Assembly (NCBI RefSeq): GCF_009914755.1
Contig: NC_060925.1
Direction: 5' to 3' (one strand)
Length of the DNA stretch: 64,000 nucleotides
Source: the human T2T-CHM13v2.0 reference genome, Homo sapiens
A program made the position numbers and the translations under genes. Every line of letters starts with the position of its first letter. Position 1 is the stretch's first letter. Below the pieces are notes generated by a model, which worked only from the letters and a program-made list of their open reading frames with translations, did not search any database and was not told where the DNA came from. This document shows, in pieces, positions 30,399 to 41,067 of the stretch.

Positions 30399-32214
30399 CA
30401 CTTGCAAAACTTTTTAACATTTATAAGGTTTTTTACATACTTGATTTTGTTCAGTTCTTAGAATAATCTCATGATGTAGGTGACCTTATTAACTATTTAC
30501 AATGTGAGAAAATGGATAGTCAGTGAAGATAAGTAACTTGTCCAAGGTCACAGCACCAGAACTCCAAACCAGACCTTCTGACCTTCTTGATACAGACTCC
30601 TCACAGTCACCTGCATGCCATCTTTGGTTTCAGTGCTATGAACTTTCTTCACTGCCTGTTGGTCTGTAGCTACACCTACTCATGAAGATGCCCAGAGCCT
30701 TAGCCGCTCCTTGCTCTGCCATGCTTATCTTATGCAGCTCTGGGAGGGGTGAAGAGGCTGTGGCCAGTTACCTCACTACCACTATAGCTATTCACCACCC
30801 TGTTTTCTCCTTTAGCCATTTTAGCTACTACACAATTCTTCTGGGCATTTTCTGTCTTAGTTCCCTAGTATCTGGCCTTCCTTCTTTTCTCAGTAACTGT
30901 GACCCCTGCTAGCTAGCCTTGCCAACCAATGGTTAATGAAAGGTCTTGGATATGACTGTCAAAGACAAAAGCACTCATGACCCCAATGTTTCAGGTCACA
31001 ATGATTAGGAAAATCAGGACAACAAGGCTTGGGCACAGAAAAGCTGGTTTTTGAGAGGGGGATTTAGAGTTTGGTTTAAATGTGTAATCTTTGAGGTAAT
31101 GGTGGAACAGCCTACTAGATTCAGTTTTCTAGTCCCTGAAAACTAAAACGAGGAATAAGTTGAATCACATATTTGGGGCACCAGCCAAATATATAGCAGC
31201 ATTTATAGTTAGAATCAAAGTGTTTGTGTTTCTTAATTTAAATGCTTCTCAGAGATTCCATTTAAACAACTTCATTATGAAAATGGAGACTTACCATGCC
31301 TTTTTGATATTGTTCAGAGAAAATTGTCATAAATAATACACACAGTTTGAAATGGTTGTACATCTTATGAATCAAGGGGTGGCATGTAAAAAGGTTCCTC
31401 AGTGCCTCAATGTGGAAAATATCATAGAATGTTATTCTTCAATTGATTCCTTCCTTCACTTTGGTGTTTATATGGTATCTTAGATATTTTATGTTATTTA
31501 ATTATATTTTGTGCCTTTTTATTTGGTTAAAAATGCCTACTTAAATATTAACAGATTTTTAAATATCCCTTTGAACTCTTCCCCATTCCTGTACCTCCTT
31601 TCCCTTTTTCTGTTGTAATGTCAGCCACCTGAACATAACCCAGAAAACTAGGTATCAGCCAATTGATGTTTCAGTGGAAATAAGAGAAAGAAGCACTTAC
31701 TATTTCTCAATGCTTAATTGAGGAAAAGCACATGATACCTTACATATTTTAAATTGGAGGGGATAATAGGGTCAAGTTCATGCATTATATTGTGGACATC
31801 TTAATCCTATCAAATGGCTTAGTCAAAATGAGAAAGTTAATGAATTTAAGCAGACAAGTACGAACAGTGCTCTAAAAAAGGTGCTGTTACACCATCCCAA
31901 CCTGTACACACATGAAAAAAAGCTGGGGTGCATTTTGCGTTTGAATAAGGGTCATGTTGACTGGCCATGGCAGACCCTGCTAGACCATACAGCTGATACT
32001 CTGTCACCTGCCAGGACTCAAAAGGACATGGGAGTATGTGGTTAAGTTCTCTAAGGACTCTTTCTTCTAAAGGGAAGCAGTTTTATAGGTGGTCCTTGTA
32101 GGTCTGTTGATTCACAATCTCGTGCTTTCTTGATTGGACTGTATTGTTTTACTGTAATTTTTTGGACTTACAAGAAGTCAGGTGTTTTCATGGACTCTTC
32201 TCTTTTCCATACAG

Positions 32215-32474
32215 ATGTCCAGAAGGCTTCTTGGGGGAATATTGTCAACATCGAGACCCCTGTGAGAAGAACCGCTGCCAGAATGGTGGGACTTGTGTGG
32301 CCCAGGCCATGCTGGGGAAAGCCACGTGCCGATGTGCCTCAGGGTTTACAGGAGAGGACTGCCAGTACTCGACATCTCATCCATGCTTTGTGTCTCGACC
32401 TTGCCTGAATGGCGGCACATGCCATATGCTCAGCCGGGATACCTATGAGTGCACCTGTCAAGTCGGGTTTACAG
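32215..32474 (+). CDS. NOTCH2NL: NOTCH2NL exon 3 (EGF repeats 1-3)
   Basis: catacag|ATGTCC...TTTACAG|gtaact, 260 nt, [25 protein letters not shown]...CQVGFT. Phase is compatible with exon 2. Confidence 0.97.
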
Positions 32475-32715
32475 GTAACTAATGAGACCAAAGCCAGTGC
32501 TTTCCTACCTTCAGCAGATACCTTTATTTAGCATCTTTTAGATCATGGTATCTGGCTCTTAAATGTCCCCCAGCTCTGGTGCACATTTAACATTATGATA
32601 AGGAACTGGGATGTTCCAGACAACTATCCCTAACTTCCTTTTAAGAGTTTCAGGGGGCAGAGAAAGAGAAAGAAAAAGGACCAAATACTTTGACTGCTTA
32701 AAGTATATATGTCAG

Positions 32716-33051
<336 letters not shown>

Positions 33052-34328
33052 TTACTTCACTAAAAGAAATAAGTACACTGTCACCAGAGGAAAAGTTGCT
33101 GATGTTATTGACTATTTGCTTTTAGAAATCTCCCTCCCTAGACATTCAGGGCACTGGCTTTTCTGGTTTTCTGAACCCTGTTCCTTTTGCTTCTTCATTA
33201 CCTTGTTCTTATCCATTAAATGTTTGTGCTCCCTGGAGCACTGTTTTTCGCCCTCTTTTGAGCCACATCACAGCTCTCCCTAGGGAATTTCACTGTCTGT
33301 ATTCGCCTCCACTGCCACTGTCTTCATTAGCTTGCTGATGAATCTCACCATCATTCCCTTAGCTCCACCCAACCCTGACATTCAGGCTCATGTTTCTAGC
33401 TATCCTTTGTATGTTCTCCTTGGAGATATTCTACAGGTACTTTCAGCTCACCTTGTTGACAGAAATACGTAGCAACCATGTACATCCCAAATACCCACGC
33501 TAGAAACTCCCTGTCCCTTGTTCTGACCTCATTTCAACTCAGTCACCCAAGCCAACCTCTGAGTTGCCTTTCACCTGTCTATTCCTCCCATTTCCTCTGC
33601 TACCCTGTAGTTGAAGGCCATGTTATCTCTCACCTGGGCTTCTGAAGTAGTTTCTGAATACGTTTTCTTGCCTTTATTCTCTCCCCATCTCATTCACCCA
33701 TGATATTACTACATCTTTGATTATAAATGCAAATATTCTAACAATCTCACCTGCTTACAATGTCTAATATTTTTTCATCATCCGCAGAATAAACTGCAAA
33801 CTCTTTTACATGACTTCCATAGCTCTCTACAGCCTAGACTTTACATCTTTTTATAGCCTGGCCTCCCCACAAGCATCTAGGCCTAGTCACACCAAATTCT
33901 CCTTATTTCCTGAAAATGTTGTACTTATTATTGCTTCCATACAGTTACACACCCTTTTGCCTGGAATGCCCTTTTCTACAACTGGTGATTGTCCAATGTT
34001 ATTTAAAACTGTGTCTTAGTGACCCTTTCATGATTCCTTTAGGCAAATGGTCTCTAAGTTTTATTAGTTTTATGTATCACATTTTATTGTAATTTTTTTT
34101 ACACATATCTCACCTGAATAGATTGTGGGTTTTTCTAGGTGGGTCTGAGCTTTATTCAAAAGTGTTTATTAAATTAGATGAGAAAAGGAGGAACATTCTT
34201 CATTTTTTCTCCTGCTTTAAGCACTAAACCAAGAGTTCTATAAATGCAATAAGCAAAAAAGTGAAAAATGTACTCAGAAGACTATACTGGATCAGTTAGT
34301 GTAGAATACTGTTATATTAATTTTTCAT

Positions 34329-34838
34329 TGTATTAGGGTTCTCTAGAGGGATGGAACTAATGGAATATATATGTATGTATATATATTCCAACCCAAAGTG
34401 TCTTGGTGGCAATCTTAATATATATATATTGGCAATCTTTATATATATATAAAGGAGAGTTTGTTAAGTATTAATTCACATGATCACGAGGTCCCACAAT
34501 AGGCTGTCTGCAGGCTGAGGAGCAAGGAGAGCCAGTCTTGAGTTCCAAAACCGAAGAACTTGGGGTTCGATATTTGAGGGCAGGAAACATCCAGCACGGG
34601 AAAAAGATGTAGGCTGGGAGGCTAGGCCAGTCTCGCTTTTTCATGTTTTTCTGCCTGCTTTATATTTGCTGACAGATGATCAAATGGTGTCCATCCAGAT
34701 TAAGGGTGGGTCTGCCTTCCCCAGCCCACTGACTCAAATGTTAATCTCCTTTGGCAACACCTTCACAGACACACCCAAGATCAATACTTTGTATCCTTCA
34801 ATTCAATCAAGTTGACACACTCAGTTTTAACCACCACA
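34329..34838 (-). mobile_element. MLT2A-type LTR (HERV-L 3' LTR)
   Basis: The minus strand reads TGTGGTGGTTAAAACTGAGTG...TCAACTTGATTG...AGAGAACCCTAATACA, with an internal (TA)n. It is preceded by a PPT-like AAGGGGTAGATT. Confidence 0.88.
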
Positions 34839-36301
34839 AATCTACCCCTTGTCAACTTGAACCCATACACATCTCCTGAGATCACACATAATCTTCAAAT
34901 AAAGACAATAATTAGGTCATAATTACACCTGATGTAGTACAACTATTCTTCGTACATCCGGAAACACACCAGTCCCCAACTGAAACACTCTTACATAAAG
35001 TTAACGATACTTAAATGCTGATGTGAAGTCAATAAATCTTATGTCACATGATAAAGGAGAAAGGAAATAAAATGAAGATATTTTCTTAGTACAAGTGTGT
35101 GCAAGCACAGACATGTTTTTAATAAAAGAAGGAGGAAATACTGAGGACAATTACAGTCCTCATTTCTGCAGCTGGTCACATGGTAGTAGCTGGTATTGAT
35201 GACTACCTTCTTCTACCCATTTTGTATTCCTTTTGCCTTCAGCAAACACCTCAGCAGGTTGTGTTTTTTTTTTTCCTGATGGAGAGGCCCAAACCTTCAT
35301 TCATCCAGGCGGGACCATTTGTAGTCCCGCCTGGATTGGGCTGTTGTAGTTGCCCATTGACCTTAATCACAGGGCATGGTAATACTAAGAGACGCCCTAA
35401 TGGATCTCCTGTATTCCATGAATACTCTTTCTTACCTCCGTTCTGGAGTAGTAGACTGATTTCATCTTGATAGCCTGGGTCTTGATAGCCTTGATGTCCC
35501 AGCCAACACTGTAACGCCTTTCTTAGCCTGTTTACTTAAAGGTAGGAACCCAAAGTGTCCTGGTGGCAATCTTAACTACCAGTTTAATGGAATTGTTGTT
35601 GTGTCTTCTGGTGGCAGCGTTCCTCCCTCTGGAACTAAGACCTCTAGGCCAGCAGAACTTAATGTTGCGGGAACAGGAAGCAAACATTTTGCTAGTGGAT
35701 CACTAGGGGTGATGGTGAGTGGTACCACTTCCATTTCCACCCCTTGATTCCTGGACCTGTGAATCCTGGCTATGGGAGAAACAGTACCACATATTGGACG
35801 CTGATTCAGAGCATACACAGCCTTCTTGAGAACTTTGCCCCAACCCTGCAAAGTATTCTCACCTAGTTGGCATTGTAATTGTGACTGCAAAAGGCCATTC
35901 CACCGTTCTGCTTCAGGATGTTGGGGAACATGGTAAGACCAGTGAATTCCATGAGCATGAGCCCACTGCTGCACTTCTTTAGCCATAAAGTGAATGCCTT
36001 GGTCAGAGGCAATGCTGTGTGGAATACCATGACAGTGGATAAGGCATTCCATGAGTCCGCGGATGGTAGTCTTGGCAGAACCATTGCATGCAGGATAGGC
36101 AAACCCATATCCAGAGTAAGTGTTTATTCCAGTAAAGACAAACATCTGCCCTTTTCACAATGGAAGAAGTCCAACATAATCAACCTGCCACCAAGTAGCT
36201 GGCTGATCACCCTGAGGAATAGTGCCATATCAAAGGCGCAGTGTTGGTTTCTGCTGCTGGCAAATTGGGCACTCTGCGGTGGCAGTAGCCAGGTCAGCTT
36301 T
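34839..36301 (-). mobile_element. HERV-L internal 3' part: degenerate integrase and dUTPase
   Basis: ORFs give DLATATAECPICQQ (Zn-binding CxxC), TGINTYSG..SDQG..ERWNG (integrase core) and GLEVLVPEGGTLPPEDTTTIPLNW (dUTPase). The frames are shifted and the first catalytic D is replaced by N. Confidence 0.9.
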
Positions 36302-36541
36302 CCACCGGCCCATCTTGTTTTCTGCACTGGGAAGGTGGGGCATGAGCACAAATGTTAGGACCTGAAAGGTGGTGAACTCTGCCTGGGCAGGGCAAAGCCA
36401 GAGGAAACTCTGGTGGAGGTCCGTAGCAGTCCTGATGTGCAAATCGGTCATCCAACCTGGGTGTAGGGGCGAAAGACTAATTGAACCATCTAGTAGCTGG
36501 TTCCCTCCAAAGTTTCCCTCGGGATAGCTGGCACTCTCGCA
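36302..36541 (+). pseudogene. 28S (LSU) rRNA fragment of about 240 nt, CpG-decayed
   Basis: gttaggacctgaaag.tggtgaact.tgcctgggcaggg...ccagaggaaactctggtggagg...gtaggggcgaaagactaattgaaccatctagtagctggttccctcc matches the conserved LSU domain II core. Confidence 0.93.
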
Positions 36542-36544
36542 AAA

Positions 36545-36562
36545 ACCCCACTCTTGGTACCA
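36545..36562 (-). promoter_or_regulatory. Retroviral primer-binding site complementary to the tRNA-Leu(TAA) 3' end
   Basis: Minus strand TGGTACCAAGAGTGGGGT, 6 nt downstream of the THE1 LTR end. One mismatch to the recalled tRNA end ACCCCACTCCTGGTACCA. Confidence 0.75.
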
Positions 36563-36568
36563 ATTTAC

Positions 36569-36918
36569 TGTATTAGTCCATTTTCACGCTGCTGATAAAG
36601 ATATCCCCGAGACCGGGAAGAAAAGAGGTTTAATTGGACTTACAGTTCCATATGGCTGGGGAGGCCTCAGAATTATGGTGGGAGGCAAAAGGCACTTCTT
36701 TCATGGTGGTGGCAAGAGAAAATTAGGAAGAAGCAAAAGCAGAACCCCTGAGAAACCCATCAGATCTCATGAGACTTATTCACTATCATGAGAATAGCAC
36801 AGGAAAGACTGGCCCCCATGATACAGTTACCCCACTGGGTCCCTCCCACAACACATGGGAATTCTGGGAGATACAATTCAAGTTGAGATTTGGGTGGGGA
36901 CACTACCAAACCATATCA
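36569..36918 (-). mobile_element. THE1-family MaLR LTR (5' LTR)
   Basis: Minus strand TGATATGGTTTGG...GCAGCGTGAAAATGGACTAATACA, 350 bp, followed by the THE1-int start GTAAATTGGTACCA. Confidence 0.9.
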
Positions 36919-37230
36919 TTCATCAAAAGGTGTTGGTGGGGTAGAGGGTAGTTAGGATGATCCATGATCTCCATCATGATGATGATGGTATTGATGATGT
37001 AAGTCACTGAAAATATTTGGTGTTATAAGAATAATTTCTTCCTGATTGTCAGTTTTGAGTTGTTTTGCTATTAGGAGGCAAAGTAGGGGGGCATATACCC
37101 ACTTAAAATATTTTAATTCTGGCTAGTGGAAATGACAGTAATGCCTTCTTCATAATTAAAATGTCACTCTGAAATGGTCCCAAATTAAGAAGGATCTCTT
37201 TTTGGTGTGTTCTGCAAGATTCTGATCACC

Positions 37231-37533
37231 TTTTTTTTTTTTTTTTTTTTTTTTGAGATGGAGTATTGCTTTGTCATCCAGGCTGGAGTGCAGGGCGCAA
37301 TCTCGGTTCACTGCAAGCTCCACCTCCCGGGTTCACGCCATTCTTCTGCCTCAGCCTCCTGAGTAGCTGGGACTACAGGCACCTACCGCCATGCCCGGCT
37401 AATTTTTGTATTTTTAGTAGAGATGGGCTTTCACCTTGTTAGCCAGAATGGTCTGGATCGCCTGACCTCATGATCCACCCGCCTTGGCCTCCCAAAGTGC
37501 TGGGATTACAGGTGTGAGCCACCACACCCGGCC
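37231..37533 (-). mobile_element. AluY
   Basis: Full dimer; TSD gattctgatca. Confidence 0.93.
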
Positions 37534-37732
37534 GATTCTGATCATCTTTTATACATATGCTATTTTTGTCTATCACTTTAGGAATCATCACAGATCAAGG
37601 TCATCCTTTTGGTTTTTGTGATAGCGCTATACCTCAGTCAGCTTACTAGCTCATCTCCACTCAGAGATGAAGAAGCATAGGCAGCAAGTTAGTGCCTATA
37701 CATAATGTATATGGAAACCAAATTCAGGGTTG

Positions 37733-37751
37733 ATTCTTTCTTTCTTTCTCC

Positions 37752-37824
<73 letters not shown>

Positions 37825-37850
37825 CCTCTCTCTTTCTGTCTTTCTTTCTT
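37733..37850 (+). repeat. (CTTT)n/(CT)n microsatellite derived from an Alu tail
   Basis: Tandem TTTC and CT units seen directly. Confidence 0.9.
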
Positions 37851-38117
37851 CTCACTCTGTTGCTTAGTACAGTGGCGCAGTCTCGGCTCACTGCAACCTC
37901 CACCTCTTGGGTTCGAGTGATTCTTGTGCCTCAGCCTCCCAGGTAGCTGGGATTACAGGTATGTGCTATGAAGCCCGGCAAATTTTTGTAGTTTTAGAAA
38001 AGATGGCGTTTCACCATGTTGGCCAGGCTGGTCTCAAACTCCTAACCACAAGTGATCTGCCCACCTCAGCCTCCCAAAGTGCTGGGATTACAGGCATCAG
38101 CCACCACTTCCGGCCCA
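37851..38117 (-). mobile_element. Alu (AluS)
   Basis: Alu body adjacent to the CTTT tract. Confidence 0.88.
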
Positions 38118-38496
38118 GGGATCTTTCCGTTTCAGTTGTGGGCATCACTCTGAAAATCACACTTGCTAGAAGTGAGCATTTATATCTCTTCTCCACTGTA
38201 AATAAGTGCCTCTTAGTGACATGAGTGGAAAGACAAGAAGAATTGCAGTTCCTTCATTTTCTGTCTTAGCTCCCTGAGATGTATATGCTGTGCCTAAATT
38301 TGTGTTATAGTTTTCTCCTTTGATTTGACATTCCTTGATAGGCAGAGAGCACTTTTCTGTGCTCATATGTCACATCTCGCATCTTTTTCCCTTATAGAAA
38401 AACTCTTGTGTCTCCCATTTACCTTTCTATGAGGTCAGAGATTTAGATACTTTCCTAGACAGTCAACTGGAGTATTAACAAATTCAAGGAGTTCTC

Positions 38497-39027
38497 GCCA
38501 TCCCATTACTGGGTATATACCCAAAGAATTATAAATCGTGCTGCTATAAAGACACATGCACACGTATGTTTCTTGCGGCACTATTCACAATAGCAAAGAC
38601 TTGGAACCAACCCAAATGTCCATCAGTGATAGACTGGATTAAGAAAATGTGGCACATATACACCATGGAATACTATTCAGCCATAAAAAAGGATGAGTTC
38701 ATGTCCTTTGTAGGGACATGGATGAAGCTGGAAACCATCATTCTCAGCAAACTATTGCAAGGACAAAAAACCAAACACCGCATGTTCTCACTCATAGGTG
38801 GGAATTGAACAATGAGAACACTTGGACACAGGAAGGGGAACATCACAAACCGGGGCCTGTCGTGGGGTGGTGGGACGGGGGAGGGATAGCATTAGGAGAT
38901 GTACCTAATGTAAATGACGAGTTAATGGGTGCAGCACACCAACATGGCACATATATACATATGTAACAAACCTGCATGTTGTGCACGTGTACCCTAGAAC
39001 TTAAAGTATAATAATAATAATAATAAT
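38497..39027 (+). mobile_element. 5'-truncated young L1PA with (TAA)n tail
   Basis: L1 ORF2 end and 3'UTR; 16-bp TSD aattcaaggagttctc at 38481-38496 and 39028-39043. Confidence 0.93.
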
Positions 39028-39694
39028 AATTCAAGGAGTTCTCATCTCTGTAGTTTAAATAATAAGCGACTTAGACTAATGACAACAAAAAGCCAGCCAT
39101 GTGAATACCAAATTTACTAGTTCTGTGAGGATATTTTTTTCTCTTTCTCTTTCTGCCTCAAAGAATCTGCTTTGCTTCCCCTGGCATCATGATTTAGTTT
39201 TCAACCCGTCAGAGTCTTCCTGCTAGTGCTGGTACTTTCCTACTTGAGAAAGTCCACGGAATACCTTCGAGACCTCTGTCCTCCTGATGGCTTCTATTTC
39301 ATTTGTTATATAGGGACCCAGAGGTCCTTCATCATTTTCAAACACATCAACAGATATTTATAGCAAGGCCACAATTAATAAAATGTTTCCCAGAATATAT
39401 GTGTGTGTTACATTTAGAGGAAACAGAAGTAGTATTGACTTGTTTCTATCACCAGAGGTCTATTTAGTAACTATATTTTGTGGAAAATATCGATATATTT
39501 TATCCATTCAACAGACATGATTTGAGAGCATACCATGGAGACCCAACCCTGCCAGTGTGGCAGGTGGTATAATAGAAGAAAATAGCAAACTTGGTGTATC
39601 TGTGTTTGCGCACATGTATGTATGTGAGGGGCACTAAGGATGACTTTACAGAGGTTGGAACTTTAGAGTTGCCAAGATAGGGAGAGTTCACTAG

Positions 39695-40016
<322 letters not shown>

Positions 40017-40372
40017 GGAAGTTGATATTCAAACAGGAGCAGCATATGCAAAGACAGCTCTGAGAGAGTAGATGGATCCAGACTCCTATTGCTGATAGCG
40101 TCCTGCAGGATTGGGCTTCAATGTGACTAACCTACAATTGCCTCCAGGTGCTCCACCCACTGAGTCCTTGTGTCTCTGCTGAGGTCCTTGGAGAGTTACT
40201 GGAGAGGGCTCTGTGTCAGATGACCTTGAGGAGGCTCTGATTTAGCCTTTAGTAAAATGCAAAGAGTTGAGGTCTTCTCCACGCAAGAGCTCGCTGATGT
40301 CAATGAGGTATTGAGGATGGGGCCATCTCCTATTTCTGTGGCCAGTACTGAGTTTTGTTATCCTTCCTTTAG

Positions 40373-40708
40373 GTAAGGAGTGCCAATGGACCGATGCCTG
40401 CCTGTCTCATCCCTGTGCAAATGGAAGTACCTGTACCACTGTGGCCAACCAGTTCTCCTGCAAATGCCTCACAGGCTTCACAGGGCAGAAGTGTGAGACT
40501 GATGTCAATGAGTGTGACATTCCAGGACACTGCCAGCATGGTGGCACCTGCCTCAACCTGCCTGGTTCCTACCAGTGCCAGTGCCTTCAGGGCTTCACAG
40601 GCCAGTACTGTGACAGCCTGTATGTGCCCTGTGCACCCTCGCCTTGTGTCAATGGAGGCACCTGTCGGCAGACTGGTGACTTCACTTTTGAGTGCAACTG
40701 CCTTCCAG
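40373..40708 (+). CDS. NOTCH2NL: NOTCH2NL exon 4 (EGF repeats 4-6)
   Basis: cctttag|GTAAGGAG...CTTCCAG|gtaagg, 336 nt, [18 protein letters not shown]...[10 protein letters not shown]...FECNCLP. Confidence 0.97.
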
Positions 40709-40958
40709 GTAAGGAGCTCCCTAGTGTCCCAGGATTAGGGGACAAACCCCTAGCACAGGAGGTAGTGGGTGTGGCTCAATTGCTTTTTTTAGGAAGCGCA
40801 AGGAAAAAGGGAAGTGAGAATATTGTGTGGGGTGGGTTGCTAGTGAGGGAGGAGTTTTATGGGCCCACTGTGGTCCATAAACTGAGCAGGGGATAATTTA
40901 GCATGTCAGGGTTTATGATGATGAGTGGCTAGAAAATTGTTTATTGTCCCTTTTGTAG

Positions 40959-41035
40959 AAACAGTGAGAAGAGGAACAGAGCTCTGGGAAAGAGACAGGG
41001 AAGTCTGGAATGGAAAAGAACACGATGAGAATTAG
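40959..41035 (+). CDS. NOTCH2NL: NOTCH2NL terminal exon 5 (exonised NOTCH2 intron 4), coding part
   Basis: ttttgtag|AAACAGTGAGAAGAGG... gives [25 protein letters not shown] with TAG at 41033-41035, the known C-terminus of NOTCH2NLA/B/C. Most likely NOTCH2NLC given the downstream NBPF architecture (inference). Confidence 0.95.
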
Positions 41036-41061
41036 ACACTGGAAAATATGTATGTGTGGTT

Positions 41062-41067
41062 AATAAA
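41062..41067 (+). terminator. Candidate proximal polyadenylation signal (AATAAA) of NOTCH2NL
   Basis: AATAAA 27 nt after the stop codon, with TG/T-rich sequence about 50 nt downstream. Usage is not shown. Confidence 0.45.

Noticed and set aside
35576-36145. 189-aa ORF as a functional or domesticated integrase
   Set aside because: The first catalytic Asp is replaced by Asn (TGINTYS), there is an apparent deletion before ERWNG, the Zn-binding part is in another frame, and the dUTPase is truncated.
36302-36541. Functional rRNA gene or assembly contamination
   Set aside because: It is only about 240 nt, shows many CpG-to-TpG/CpA changes typical of long genomic residence, and is embedded in a TSD-bounded LTR element.
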